A DNA stretch of 64,000 nucleotides from Clostridia bacterium (GTDB taxonomy: Bacteria; Bacillota; Clostridia; Christensenellales; Pumilibacteraceae). Both the position numbers and the translations under genes were made by a program. The notes beneath the pieces were generated by a model, which saw only the letters and a list, made by a program, of their open reading frames with translations, did no database searches and was not told where the DNA came from. Positions within the stretch are counted from its first letter, which is position 1; every line of letters starts with the position of its first letter. This document shows positions 9,031-18,673 of the stretch, piece after piece. Location of the stretch: assembly GCA_017500845.1 (NCBI GenBank), contig JAFVXY010000005.1, forward strand, positions 57,246 to 121,245, in the 5' to 3' direction.

Positions 9031-10251
9031 TTACGACGAATGTCTTACATCGCTCCAAGCAAGCGTAACCTTAGCGTCGTTGTCGCCGTATGCGCGCATT
9101 GTGCCGCAACGTGCAAGCGTTTCTGCCGAGGGGAAAAGCATATCCAAGTACATATCCTTCCACGCCTCGTCAATATCGACCTCGTTAGAAAGCTCGGCAC
9201 TGTAGTCACTCTCAAGCTGACGGTATGCCTCTGCTACCGGGCTGATTGCTCCTGCATAAGCGCTGTTGGTCATAGCGATTTCCTTTTGGCAGATAAATTC
9301 AAGGAAGTATTGAGCCGCTTCTACATTCTTTGCGTACTTGCTGATAACGAAGCTATCGAGATAAACGTTGCCGCCCTCCTTAGGAACGACATACCAAAGG
9401 TTGCGATTACCCGCCTTCTCGTTGCCGTCAGCATCCTCGTAAGAGTTCATAACGTAGCCTGCGTCGCACGACCACATAAGCGCAACCTTGATTGACGAGC
9501 TACCTGCCGCCATCTCAAATTTAAGATCCTCGCCGCCCCAAATCTTGTTGAAGCCCCTTGCGGCGTTAAGAGCAGATTTTGCACGCTCGATAGCATTATC
9601 CGAAACGTCACCGTAAATACTTTGAAGCTTTGCCTTGTAAGCATCATTATAATCGGTAAAGCCGTTAGACAGCGAGCTAAGCTCTTCACGGTTTGCCCAG
9701 ATTGCCGCCGAGGTCATAGCCTCGCGAAGCGAATCCTTGTTTGCGCTTGCTTGGTTGTATTCGTTGGTGAAAATTGCCGACCAGCTGTCGATATGAGCGT
9801 TGGTCTTAGAATAGTCGTACATAAGACCAAACGTGCCGTACATATACGGAACGGAGTACTCCAAGGTGGGGTCGGATATTTTTGCAAGCTCTACGTAATC
9901 GGACATAAAGGTTTGTTCTACGTCAACACGCTCAACCTTTAGAAGCAAATTCTTTTTAATAAGCTGTTCTACTGCATAGTCGGACGGCATAACAAGATCA
10001 TAGTCTGCATGGTCACGCTCGACAGCAGTAATAATCTGCTCGACGGTATCAAAGGTCGTGGGAGTAACTACCTCTACGGTTTTGCCCGTTTGAAGTTCAT
10101 ACCATTCCTCAAATTCATCAAAAATCTCGTCGTCGATATATTCGCCGGGAATGTACATCTTAAGCTGCTCCTCTCTTTTCGTGCAGCCAACAAAGCTAAA
10201 ACACGAAATGCAAAGGATAATTGCAATAAAAACGGAAAATAATTTTTTCAT
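9031..10251 (-). CDS. potD: Spermidine/putrescine ABC transporter substrate-binding lipoprotein
   Basis: Lipobox FVGC after a hydrophobic signal peptide. PotD-like blocks and operon context with potABC. Confidence 0.88.
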   Translation of the reverse strand: MKKLFSVFIAIILCISCFSFVGCTKREEQLKMYIPGEYIDDEIFDEFEEWYELQTGKTVEVVTPTTFDTVEQIITAVERDHADYDLVMPSDYAVEQLIKKNLLLKVERVDVEQTFMSDYVELAKISDPTLEYSVPYMYGTFGLMYDYSKTNAHIDSWSAIFTNEYNQASANKDSLREAMTSAAIWANREELSSLSNGFTDYNDAYKAKLQSIYGDVSDNAIERAKSALNAARGFNKIWGGEDLKFEMAAGSSSIKVALMWSCDAGYVMNSYEDADGNEKAGNRNLWYVVPKEGGNVYLDSFVISKYAKNVEAAQYFLEFICQKEIAMTNSAYAGAISPVAEAYRQLESDYSAELSNEVDIDEAWKDMYLDMLFPSAETLARCGTMRAYGDNDAKVTLAWSDVRHSS

Positions 10252-10276
10252 TTCGTTCTCTCCTTGTGTGTTTTAT

Positions 10277-11119
10277 TTATTTGCCGAGCGGCTTAGAAGC
10301 AGATTGCTCCGCCTTGGCTTTTTTGTTTTTGATAATGTTGAATACGATAAGCACCACAAGCACTATCACGAAGATAATGGTACTAAGCGCGCGTATCGCG
10401 GGATCGAGGTTGCGTTTGAGGTTGTCGTAAACATACGTCGATATTGTATTTACACCACTCGTGCCTTTATTGAGGTTTGTAACGACGAAATCGTCAAGAC
10501 TGAGCGTAAACGCCAACGCAAAGCCGGACACCATTCCACCTATAAGCTGAGGCATAATTACCGTAAAGAGCGTTCGCATAGGTCGAGCGCCGAGGTCAAG
10601 TCCCGCCTCGTACAGGTTGGGATTTAGTTGATTTAATCTTGGGCTTACCGTAAGAATTACGTACGGCGTAGTAAGCACCGTGTGAGTAATAATCAGCCAC
10701 AGCACGCCCTTTTCGATGGGGATTTGAATTACGTCACGTAAGAATATTGACAAAAGCAAAAATCCTACTGCCGTAACGATTTCGGCGTTGACTACCGTCA
10801 CTTGCGAAACAAGGTTGACTGCCTTTTTTCCCTTACGCATATAGTACAATCCCACCGCCGTAAAGGTGCCGATAAAGGTTGCAAGCAATGCGCTTGCAAG
10901 TCCTATGCCGAGAGTATTAAGCGTTGCCTCCATCAGCAGGTCGTTTTGAAACAGTCTGCCGTACAGCGAGAACGTAAAGTCACCAAATCCGCTATCGCTA
11001 CCGATATTTCGCTCTGACGAGAAAGAATATACTATAATAAGCATTATAGGCAGGTAGATACTAATCAAAACTACCGCAAGGAATACCCAACGCAAAACAA
11101 GCCAAAGCTTCTTATTCAT
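10277..11119 (-). CDS. potC: Spermidine/putrescine ABC transporter permease
   Basis: 6-TM BPD-type permease with the EAA-like loop YEAGLDLGARPMRTLFTVIMP. Confidence 0.9.
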   Translation of the reverse strand: MNKKLWLVLRWVFLAVVLISIYLPIMLIIVYSFSSERNIGSDSGFGDFTFSLYGRLFQNDLLMEATLNTLGIGLASALLATFIGTFTAVGLYYMRKGKKAVNLVSQVTVVNAEIVTAVGFLLLSIFLRDVIQIPIEKGVLWLIITHTVLTTPYVILTVSPRLNQLNPNLYEAGLDLGARPMRTLFTVIMPQLIGGMVSGFALAFTLSLDDFVVTNLNKGTSGVNTISTYVYDNLKRNLDPAIRALSTIIFVIVLVVLIVFNIIKNKKAKAEQSASKPLGK

Positions 11120-11942
11120 TAGTACCTCCTTTTACAGCAGCCTTTGCACCTGCTTCACGCTTGCCAAACAAATTTCCTATAAACATCGTTGCAAACACGA
11201 GAATAAGCAGAACAAACGACATCGCCGAGCCGATTCCCCAAACGTCCGCATTTACAAACAGCTCGTGAATTTTTCCACCTATAATCGTGGTGTCCGTATC
11301 GCCGAGCATACCCGTGATTGCGTACGCGCTGAATACCGGCATAAATACCATCGTGATACCGCTGACTATTCCCTTTAGACTAAGCGGCAAGGTGACCTTA
11401 AAGAACGTTATTACGCTGTTAGCACCAAGATCGGTAGAGGCTTCGATATAGCTTTTGTCCATATCCATAAGCACTGTGTAAATGGGCAAAAGCATAAACG
11501 GTAAAAAGTCGTACACCATACCTATTATGGTTGCCCCAAAGCCGTAATCAATTCCGAAAATGCCAAGAAGCGATCTAAGCGCAATTATACGCAAAACGAA
11601 GTTCATCCACATCGGAATGATAAAAAGCAACGCAAGTATTACGTATTTATTAAACGGCTTTGATGCTAGTATTAACGCCGTCGGATACGCTATAAGCAAG
11701 CATATCACTGTGGTAAGAAGCGCAATGCCCACCGTTTTTAGCAGTAGCTTAAGGTTTCCGGCGGTAAGCACGTCCCTAAAATTATTTAGGGTAAAGCTTC
11801 CGTCCGTGTCCCTAAACGCATACACCAGCACGAGTATAAGCGGCAATACAACAAAAATAAAGCAGATTGCCACGTACGGAAAAGCAAAGAACGTTGGTCT
11901 AAAATCGTTACCCTTCCTAAGTGCAAGGTTTTTAAGCTTCAT
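11112..11942 (-). CDS. potB: Spermidine/putrescine ABC transporter permease
   Basis: EAA loop IEASTDLGANSVITFFKVTLP. GGAGG at 11952-11956 is 9 nt from ATG 11942 and 0 nt from the tracked ATG 11951, so I prefer 11942. Confidence 0.87.
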   Translation of the reverse strand: MKLKNLALRKGNDFRPTFFAFPYVAICFIFVVLPLILVLVYAFRDTDGSFTLNNFRDVLTAGNLKLLLKTVGIALLTTVICLLIAYPTALILASKPFNKYVILALLFIIPMWMNFVLRIIALRSLLGIFGIDYGFGATIIGMVYDFLPFMLLPIYTVLMDMDKSYIEASTDLGANSVITFFKVTLPLSLKGIVSGITMVFMPVFSAYAITGMLGDTDTTIIGGKIHELFVNADVWGIGSAMSFVLLILVFATMFIGNLFGKREAGAKAAVKGGTNE

Positions 11943-13425
11943 CGCCGCCATCCTCCGCTTGGTTTTCTTCTTCGGTTTCTTCTACAATAACTTCAAGGCG
12001 AAGCTTGCTTTTGTCAAGCTTGATGCCTACACGGTCGTCGATATCCCACTCGTCTGACGTGTCGATATAAAAGTCCTCGTCTGTGTCTGTATAAACCTGA
12101 ACCTGATAGTATCTTCCCTTATAAAGCGAACGTGCAACATTGCCGCCGATTTCGCCATCCTCCTCGTCGTCGGTAAGCTCTACCGCATCGAAGGGAACGA
12201 ACACCTTAACAGGCGTTCCGCGCTCGAGGTCTGTACTAATCTCAAACGTACCGCCACAGAAATCAACGGTGTTTTCGCCGCTAACCTCACCCACAAATTC
12301 ATTGACGGTACGAAGCTTTTTCATAATATGAATTCCGTCCGGCTCGATTGAAAGCTTTACTTTTTGACCAACCTTTGCCTCTATGGTGGACTGTACGGTA
12401 AACTCATAGCCGTTTGCCGTAATTTCCATCTCGTACCAAGTTCCCTTGAATACTGCCGAAAGCACGGTACCTGTAAGCTGACCCTTATCCGAATCCTCGG
12501 GCAATACCGTAATATCCTCGGGACGAATTACGAGGTCGACCTGCTCGTTTTTGGCAAAGCCCTTGTCCTCACATACAAATACGGTATCGAGGAATTTTAC
12601 CGAAAAGTCCTTTATCATTATGCCCGAAATGATGTTGCTTTCGCCAATAAAGTCGGCTACGAATGCGTTTGCGGGCTCGTCGTACACCTGCTTGGGCGTA
12701 CCGATTTGCTGAATAAGACCGTCGTTGAGTACAACTACCACGTCGCTCATGGTAAGCGCTTCCTCTTGATCGTGCGTAACGTAAATAAAGGTTATGCCAA
12801 GCTCCTTGTGCATTTTGGTAAGCTCGATTTGCATTTCCTTACGCATTTTGAGATCGAGTGCGCCAAGCGGCTCGTCAAGCAAAAGAACCTTCGGCTCGCA
12901 CACGAGCGCACGCGCAATTGCCACACGCTGCTGCTGACCGCCCGAAAGCGAGTTTACGTCACGGTGACCGTAGTCCTCAAGCCCCACAAGCTTAAGCGCG
13001 CGATTTACCTTGTTTGCTATTTCTTCCTTTGTGAACTTGCGGAACACAGGCACCTTTTCACCCTTGCGGTTAGTCTTTTCGCCGCTCAGGATCTTTTTAA
13101 GCTTTAGACCGTACGCCACGTTGTTGAATACGTTGAGATGCGGAAACAGCGCGTACTTTTGGAACACGGTGTTTACAGGTCGCTTGTACGGCGGAATGGT
13201 CGTTACGTCCTGACCCTCAACGTAGATTTTACCCTCGGTAGGCGCAACGAAGCCGGCTATCATACGAAGCAAGGTTGTTTTGCCGCATCCGCTGGGGCCA
13301 AGAAGTGTCACAAACTGTCCGCGGCGAATGTAAAGGCTAAGCTCATCTATTACGGTGGTATCGTCAAATACCTTGGTTACGTTTTTGACGTCAATAATCT
13401 TATCGATAACTCTTTGTTCTCTCAT
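11932..13425 (-). CDS. potA: Spermidine/putrescine ABC transporter ATPase with long C-terminal extension
   Basis: Walker A GPSGCGKTT, signature LSGGQQQRV, Walker B LLLDEP. At 497 aa it has an extra C-terminal region and an acidic tail. Confidence 0.92.
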   Translation of the reverse strand: MREQRVIDKIIDVKNVTKVFDDTTVIDELSLYIRRGQFVTLLGPSGCGKTTLLRMIAGFVAPTEGKIYVEGQDVTTIPPYKRPVNTVFQKYALFPHLNVFNNVAYGLKLKKILSGEKTNRKGEKVPVFRKFTKEEIANKVNRALKLVGLEDYGHRDVNSLSGGQQQRVAIARALVCEPKVLLLDEPLGALDLKMRKEMQIELTKMHKELGITFIYVTHDQEEALTMSDVVVVLNDGLIQQIGTPKQVYDEPANAFVADFIGESNIISGIMIKDFSVKFLDTVFVCEDKGFAKNEQVDLVIRPEDITVLPEDSDKGQLTGTVLSAVFKGTWYEMEITANGYEFTVQSTIEAKVGQKVKLSIEPDGIHIMKKLRTVNEFVGEVSGENTVDFCGGTFEISTDLERGTPVKVFVPFDAVELTDDEEDGEIGGNVARSLYKGRYYQVQVYTDTDEDFYIDTSDEWDIDDRVGIKLDKSKLRLEVIVEETEEENQAEDGGDEA

Positions 13426-13441
13426 TTGTTTGCTCCCCTTT

Positions 13442-13975
13442 TTAAAAATTCGGCGGACACGAAAGCCAAATAATTACTGCTTTGGTGTTTCCTACGTTCT
13501 TTATATAGTGCGTTCGGTCTGCTCTAAAGTAAAAGCTTTCGCCCTTTTTTGCCTCGAATTCACGCTTGCCTATGTGTAACTTGATTTTGCCGTCAAGCAC
13601 GTAGCCGAATTCCTCACCCTCGTGCGGAATATCGTGCTCGGTTTCGGCACCTACGCTAAGCTCGCACCTTATAGGCTCCATACGGTTTTTTTGCGCCGTG
13701 GGGACAAGCCAAACGATTTTACCGTGCTCGATTTGCTTTTCGAAATGGTCACCCTCGGTAAAGACAACCTGCTCGTCGTCGTCATCGCTAAAGAATTCGT
13801 TAAGACTGGTACCAAGCGCAATCAAAATGTCGTTTAGCGACGCAATTGACGGGCTGGTAAGATCGTTTTCGAGCTGGGAAATATACCCCTTGGTAAGCTC
13901 GCAACGCGATGCAAGCTCCTCTTGAGTAAGCCCCTTTTTGAGCCTTAGCTCCTTGATTTTTATGCCGAGTTCCAT
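13442..13975 (-). CDS. XRE-family HTH regulator with C-terminal cupin domain (PuuR-like)
   Basis: N-terminal HTH LKKGLTQEELASRCELTKGYISQLEN and a C-terminal cupin (GEEFGYVLDGK...FYFRADRTH). First gene of the pot cluster. Confidence 0.88.
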   Translation of the reverse strand: MELGIKIKELRLKKGLTQEELASRCELTKGYISQLENDLTSPSIASLNDILIALGTSLNEFFSDDDDEQVVFTEGDHFEKQIEHGKIVWLVPTAQKNRMEPIRCELSVGAETEHDIPHEGEEFGYVLDGKIKLHIGKREFEAKKGESFYFRADRTHYIKNVGNTKAVIIWLSCPPNF

Positions 13976-14000
13976 ATCTTTCTCCTCATATTCTCCGCAC

Positions 14001-14077
14001 TAAACAAAAAGTTTAGTGAGTTTGAGCAAAATAAACATAAAGTTTAATGGGTTTGATTTAGATAAACAAAAAGTTTA
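14001..14077. promoter_or_regulatory. Three phased inverted-repeat operators TAAAC-N5-GTTTA
   Basis: TAAACAAAAAGTTTA at 14001-14015, TAAACATAAAGTTTA at 14032-14046 and TAAACAAAAAGTTTA at 14063-14077. Centre-to-centre spacing is exactly 31 bp. Confidence 0.55.
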
Positions 14078-14152
14078 TTATTATTAAACTTTACATAATA
14101 TAACACCTATAGTCTTAGGTGTCAATTATTTTTATATACTTTTTACAAATAC

Positions 14153-14181
14153 TTGACTAATTTTTTTGAGTATGATATTAT
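14153..14181 (+). promoter_or_regulatory. Sigma-A-like promoter for the divIC-like gene
   Basis: TTGACT, 17-nt spacer, TATTAT. AAGGAGG SD at 14192-14198. Confidence 0.5.
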
Positions 14182-14208
14182 GTCACTGTAAAAGGAGGTG
14201 CGATACGT

Positions 14209-14487
14209 ATGAATAGCAAGCTTAGGGTAATAAAAATTGTTACGAGCGCGGCAATCGTTTTTATGTTTTTGCTTGTCGTTTCGCTGATTATCAATATTGT
14301 AAAAATAGCTAACGTAACCGCCACCGAAAACAAGCTTCGCGAGCAAATTGCCGAAATCGACCTTAAAATAGAGCAAAACGACGGCAATATCGCTCAGCTT
14401 AGCAGTAGCGAATATCTTGACTGGTACGCACGCGAATACCTTAACATGAAGGGTCGCGACGAGGACGCCTTTACATTTGAAGAATAA
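14209..14487 (+). CDS. Septum formation initiator (FtsB/DivIC-like) small bitopic protein
   Basis: 92 aa. N-terminal TM helix, coiled-coil segment (ENKLREQIAEIDLKIEQ), then the SSEYLDWYAREYLNM block typical of DivIC/FtsB. Confidence 0.75.
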   Translation: MNSKLRVIKIVTSAAIVFMFLLVVSLIINIVKIANVTATENKLREQIAEIDLKIEQNDGNIAQLSSSEYLDWYAREYLNMKGRDEDAFTFEE

Positions 14488-14493
14488 CACACA

Positions 14494-14519
14494 AGCCCGA
14501 GCGAAAGCGGGCTTTTTTT
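14494..14519 (+). terminator. Intrinsic terminator
   Basis: AGCCCG, loop AGCGAAAG, CGGGCT, followed by a run of 7 T. Confidence 0.6.
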
Positions 14520-14532
14520 GTAGGAGCAACCA

Positions 14533-15342
14533 ATGAATATTATAGATATAGGAAGTAACTCTGTAAGACTTTTTTGCGGCGGCAAAAAGACCGTAATCAC
14601 CACTCGCCTTGCCGAAAATATGCGTGGCGGTTTGCTTGCCCCTGAGTCTATAAATCGCACGGTGGATGCAATATCTTCTCTCAACGAGCAAGGCGGCGGC
14701 TCTTGCCTTGCCTTTGCTACCGCCGCTGTACGAAATGCAAGCAACAAGGGTGAATTTTTGGATTTGGTTTTTGCACGTACTGGCATAAAAGTGGACGTTA
14801 TTAGCGGTGAAAAGGAAGCCGAAATCGGTTTTTTGGGCGCAACCGAGGGAATTGGCCGAGCGGCTGTAATAGATCTTGGTGGCGCAAGCTGTGAAATAAT
14901 TTTTGGGGAAAGCGGCAAAATAAGCTATAAGCAGTCCTTTCCCTTTGGCTGTGTAAGCCTAACAGACAGATTCGGAAGCGACTACGAGCAAATTACAAAA
15001 TTTGTAAGCGACACACTTTGCGCTGTTCCGTATTTGCGTGTAAACAAATATATTGCCATCGGCGGCACGGCAACCTCGCTTGCCGCTATGAATTTGGGGC
15101 TATGCGAATACGACTCTATCAAGGTACACGGTTCTACCCTTACTCTGCCGCAAATCTCCTCGCTTATAGACGGCGTAATAGCGCAAAAGGACTACCCCAC
15201 CCTTTCGCCCATGCGCAGAAAGACGATTGGGCAAGGCGCAACCGCCCTTATTGCCACGATAAAGGCTCTTGGTCAAAGCGAGGTCGAGGTTAGCGAAAAG
15301 GACAACCTCGAGGGATATCTGCTTTCGCTAAATAAATACTGA
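14533..15342 (+). CDS. Ppx/GppA-family phosphatase (short form)
   Basis: N-terminal IIDIGSNSVRL, then ATAAVRNASN and DLGGAS ASKHA-fold motifs. 269 aa. Confidence 0.85.
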   Translation: MNIIDIGSNSVRLFCGGKKTVITTRLAENMRGGLLAPESINRTVDAISSLNEQGGGSCLAFATAAVRNASNKGEFLDLVFARTGIKVDVISGEKEAEIGFLGATEGIGRAAVIDLGGASCEIIFGESGKISYKQSFPFGCVSLTDRFGSDYEQITKFVSDTLCAVPYLRVNKYIAIGGTATSLAAMNLGLCEYDSIKVHGSTLTLPQISSLIDGVIAQKDYPTLSPMRRKTIGQGATALIATIKALGQSEVEVSEKDNLEGYLLSLNKY

Positions 15343-15449
15343 TTTTTATGAGCACCCTTCTTACGGTTTTGCAGTTTTTGACAGTATATTTTGCACAAAA
15401 AAACCTATACTAAGACTGTAAAACATAGCAAGGACGCAACTCACGACGA

Positions 15450-15474
15450 CTTCAGCCGTGGGATGCGGCTGAAG
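15450..15474 (+). other. 9-bp hairpin in the 5' leader of the 44-aa ORF
   Basis: CTTCAGCCG, loop TGGGATG, CGGCTGAAG. No T-run follows, so I do not call it a terminator. Confidence 0.35.
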
Positions 15475-15503
15475 CTAAATACATAATAAGGAGGGAGAGA
15501 AAA

Positions 15504-15638
15504 ATGGCAAATACCAGAAAGAGTGCAGGTAGCAACAAGACCACTACCAATAAGTCTAACAGCACCAAGTCGTGCGGCGCAAAGTCTAAGTCGAACACCA
15601 ACGCTAAGCGCACCAACACCACCAAGGACTGTAAATAA
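15504..15638 (+). CDS. Untracked 44-aa S/T/N/K-rich basic peptide
   Basis: MANTRKSAGSNKTTTNKSNSTKSCGAKSKSNTNAKRTNTTKDCK. Strong SD AAGGAGGGAG upstream and a terminator about 60 nt downstream. It is below the 60-aa cut-off of the ORF track. Confidence 0.55.
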   Translation: MANTRKSAGSNKTTTNKSNSTKSCGAKSKSNTNAKRTNTTKDCK

Positions 15639-15697
15639 TTACAGCTAAACTAAACAACGTAGGCGCATTTTACTTACATTTATAACAGCGCCAATAC

Positions 15698-15730
15698 AAA
15701 AAAGAGCAGATTTGTTTCTGCTCTTTTTGT
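15698..15730. terminator. Bidirectional intrinsic terminator
   Basis: AAAAAGAGCAGA, loop TTTGTT, TCTGCTCTTTTT. It lies between the convergent 44-aa ORF and the ECF S-component gene. Confidence 0.75.
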
Positions 15731-15784
15731 ATTTAACAGTCTTACTAATAGTGCGAGTTCGTATCAACTAAAACTAAATTTATA

Positions 15785-16342
15785 CTAATTTTGCTTTGCG
15801 TTTTCTACTCGGTACATAATCAAAGGCAAAAGTATCCATTGAAGCGCAAGTCCGAAGATTCCGGTCGAAATGCTAAGCCATATTGTCGCAACCGAAATGG
15901 CGCTATTAGCGAACAAATAAACTGCGGCAAGAATTGCTAACGCGCGAACAGCACGTCCTGCAATCTGAGCAATAACAACCTTATAAATAGTGGGCATTTT
16001 TACGTTTGCCAAAAGTCCCGTTGTTAGTCCGTACACGCAAAGCTCGATCATCATAAACGGTAGCATAGCTACGCCCGGCATAGCGGTCAATGCGAAGCTG
16101 ATAAGCGGACTAACAAGTCCTGCAATTGCCCCCGCGTACGGGCCCGCAAGCAAACCTACCAATAAAATGGGTAGATGCATCGGTAAAAACGTTTCGCCTA
16201 AAGCTGTACCCAAGCCTGAAATTGCACCCATTACATGAAAAATTTGAGGGATTGCTACTGCCGCAACAATTGCAATAAGAGTTGCCATTGTTTGAGCCTT
16301 AACCGAAAGCTTACGGTTTTGTTTAACAGCTGCATTTGTCAT
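15785..16342 (-). CDS. ECF-transporter substrate-specific (S) component, substrate unknown
   Basis: About 185 aa with 6 TM helices and Gly/Ala-rich helices typical of ECF S components. No ecfA/ecfT genes are adjacent. I prefer ATG 16342; the tracked start at 16348 is TTG. Confidence 0.75.
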   Translation of the reverse strand: MTNAAVKQNRKLSVKAQTMATLIAIVAAVAIPQIFHVMGAISGLGTALGETFLPMHLPILLVGLLAGPYAGAIAGLVSPLISFALTAMPGVAMLPFMMIELCVYGLTTGLLANVKMPTIYKVVIAQIAGRAVRALAILAAVYLFANSAISVATIWLSISTGIFGLALQWILLPLIMYRVENAKQN

Positions 16343-16445
16343 ACTCAATTTTCCTCCTATAAACTTTTCTTTGCATAAGCGGCAAGATTTTTTATGTCCT
16401 TGCCGCCTTTAATTTAATGTTTAATATGTTGTTTTTTCTGATAAA

Positions 16446-17759
16446 TTATATACCAAAAAGGTTGATAAGCTGCGGAACGAACACAAGCAAGATAAGCGCA
16501 ATGGGGTACGTTGCCGCATAAGCGGAAGCAACGTCCTCGCTTTCAGCTACCGAAATAAGCGAGCCGAGCGCCGGGGTGCTGGTCATACCGCCGGTAATCG
16601 AGCCGAGGTTGTTGAGAAGGCAAAGCTTGAACACAAATCTTGCAACGATAAAGCCCACGATCATGGGGATTAACGTCATAAGCACACCGTAAAGGAATAC
16701 GATAGGCGTTTCGGTAACAAGCTGGAGGAACTTAAGTCCTCCCTCGAAGCCCGAGCCCATAAGGAACAATACAAGTCCAAGCTCGCGGAAAACCTTAAGC
16801 GTATTGTCGGGAACAGCGAGCGAAACCTTGCCGCACTTGCCGAAGTGACCAAAGAGAAGTCCCGCAAGCAAGCAGCCACCCGTCGATGTAAGGTTGAATA
16901 CAATACTCTCGCTGAACTTGAAGCTTATGGAGCCAACAAGGAGTCCCAAAAGAACGGTGATAGCAAAAACGCACAAGCCGAATTTATCAAACGTAAAGAG
17001 CTTTTTGGGCTCTGCCACTACCTCTGCACCCTCGTCAATGTCTGCGCCCTTGGGAGTGCCCTGCTCTATCATAAGCTGACGCTCCTTATTCATATCCGCG
17101 CGCAAAATTTTGGGAAGAAGCTGAACGAAAAGCACTACACCGATTACGCCAAACGGATACGCCGCACCGTTTGCTGCCGCAACCATCTCCGCCTCGCTCT
17201 CGAATACGTTTTGTGCCGCCGAGAAGCCGGGGGTGGACGTAAGCGAGCCCATCAAAAGTCCCGTTGCCGTTGCCGCATCAATACTAGGGTCAAGAGCCGC
17301 AACGAGGATACAAACTACTGTACCCGTCACGATAACCACAACACCAAGCACGATGTATGCAACCGCCTTACTTTTGAAGTTGCGGAAGAACTTGGGCCCT
17401 GCAATAAGGCCTACGGACGTAACGAAAAGCGCAAGGCCGATGTTCTTTACAATGCTGAATGTGGACGAAGCCCACGTAAGCGAAAGAAGCGGCGCGCCGC
17501 TGGCATTAAGTCCAAACGTATCAAGAAGAGCCTCGTTGATGGGATCCTTAATAAAGGTAGTAAGGATACCCACCAAAATAGCCATAATAAACACTCCTGC
17601 AGAGCCGAGCGAAATGCCCTTTATTTTTATTCTGCCAAGGAGATATCCAAGCACCAGCACGAGGAAAATTCCAAACAAGGGGCTAACAAGCACCTTGCAG
17701 ATTTGGAACCACATTTCCTGAAAAAAGCTGAGACCTGCGGTAGAAAATAAACCTATCAT
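16446..17759 (-). CDS. AAE-family (YidE/YbjL/AspT/SucE-like) transporter lacking RCK_C domains
   Basis: N-terminal block FLVLVLGYLLGRIKIKGISLGSAGVF is repeated in the second half as VLLGLLVGSISFKF. The two halves are joined by a short charged linker. The start overlaps the sucD stop (TAATG). Confidence 0.82.
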   Translation of the reverse strand: MIGLFSTAGLSFFQEMWFQICKVLVSPLFGIFLVLVLGYLLGRIKIKGISLGSAGVFIMAILVGILTTFIKDPINEALLDTFGLNASGAPLLSLTWASSTFSIVKNIGLALFVTSVGLIAGPKFFRNFKSKAVAYIVLGVVVIVTGTVVCILVAALDPSIDAATATGLLMGSLTSTPGFSAAQNVFESEAEMVAAANGAAYPFGVIGVVLFVQLLPKILRADMNKERQLMIEQGTPKGADIDEGAEVVAEPKKLFTFDKFGLCVFAITVLLGLLVGSISFKFSESIVFNLTSTGGCLLAGLLFGHFGKCGKVSLAVPDNTLKVFRELGLVLFLMGSGFEGGLKFLQLVTETPIVFLYGVLMTLIPMIVGFIVARFVFKLCLLNNLGSITGGMTSTPALGSLISVAESEDVASAYAATYPIALILLVFVPQLINLFGI

Positions 17760-18664
17760 TATTTAACAAGGCACTTTTCGTAAATGCCTGCCTCCTTAAT
17801 AGCCTCGATAAGCGTTTCGCCAATCTTGTCGGGAGTGGGAGCAACCTTAATGCCGCACTCGGTAAGCGTTGCTACCTTGCCTGCAGCTGTACCCTTGCCG
17901 CCCGAAATAATCGCGCCTGCGTGTCCCATACGCTTGCCTGCAGGAGCCGTTCTACCGGTGATGAACGCCGCAACGGGCTTATCCTTCATGTTATCTCTTA
18001 TCCACTCTGCCGCATCTTCCTCGCCGCTTCCGCCGATTTCGCCGATAAGCACTACTGCGTAGGTGTCGGGATCATTCTTGAACTCCTTAAGCACGTCGAT
18101 AAAGCCCATGCCCTTGATGGGGTCGCCGCCGATACCTACTGCCGAGGACTGTCCAAGGCCTGCCTTGGTAAGCTGGTCTACAGCCTCGTAGGTAAGCGTT
18201 CCGGAGCGCGAAATAACACCGATGTGACCTTTTTTGTGGATACGTGCGGGCAAAATTCCTACCTTACACTCACCCGGGGAGATAAGTCCGGGGCAGTTAG
18301 GTCCGATAAGCTTGGTCTTTTTGCCGACCATATAATTCTTAACTCTCATCATATCCATAACGGGGATACCCTCGGTTATGCACACAACGAGGTCGAGCTC
18401 TGCGTCAATAGCTTCGATAATACCGTCTGCCGCAAAAGCCGCAGGAACATAAATTACCGAGGTGTTTGCGTCGGTTGCTTCCTTAGCTTCCTTTACGGTG
18501 TCAAAAACGGGAACGCCGAGCGTTTCCATTCCGCCCTTGCCGGGGGTAACACCTGCAACTACGTTGGTGCCGTAGTCAATCATCTGCTGGGTGTGGAACT
18601 GTCCCTGTCCACCCGTGATTCCTTGCACGATAAGCTTTGTATCCTTGTTGATTAAAATGCTCAT
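17759..18664 (-). CDS. sucD: Succinyl-CoA synthetase alpha subunit
   Basis: [26 protein letters not shown] and MGHAGAI (phosphohistidine loop). Confidence 0.97.
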   Translation of the reverse strand: MSILINKDTKLIVQGITGGQGQFHTQQMIDYGTNVVAGVTPGKGGMETLGVPVFDTVKEAKEATDANTSVIYVPAAFAADGIIEAIDAELDLVVCITEGIPVMDMMRVKNYMVGKKTKLIGPNCPGLISPGECKVGILPARIHKKGHIGVISRSGTLTYEAVDQLTKAGLGQSSAVGIGGDPIKGMGFIDVLKEFKNDPDTYAVVLIGEIGGSGEEDAAEWIRDNMKDKPVAAFITGRTAPAGKRMGHAGAIISGGKGTAAGKVATLTECGIKVAPTPDKIGETLIEAIKEAGIYEKCLVK

Positions 18665-18673
18665 ATTACCCTC

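Noticed and set aside
16349-16445. Riboswitch upstream of the ECF S-component gene
   Set aside because: The 97-nt leader contains only one simple hairpin (GCGGCAAG...CTTGCCGC), which is best explained as the terminator of the upstream transporter gene. I recognised no conserved riboswitch core.
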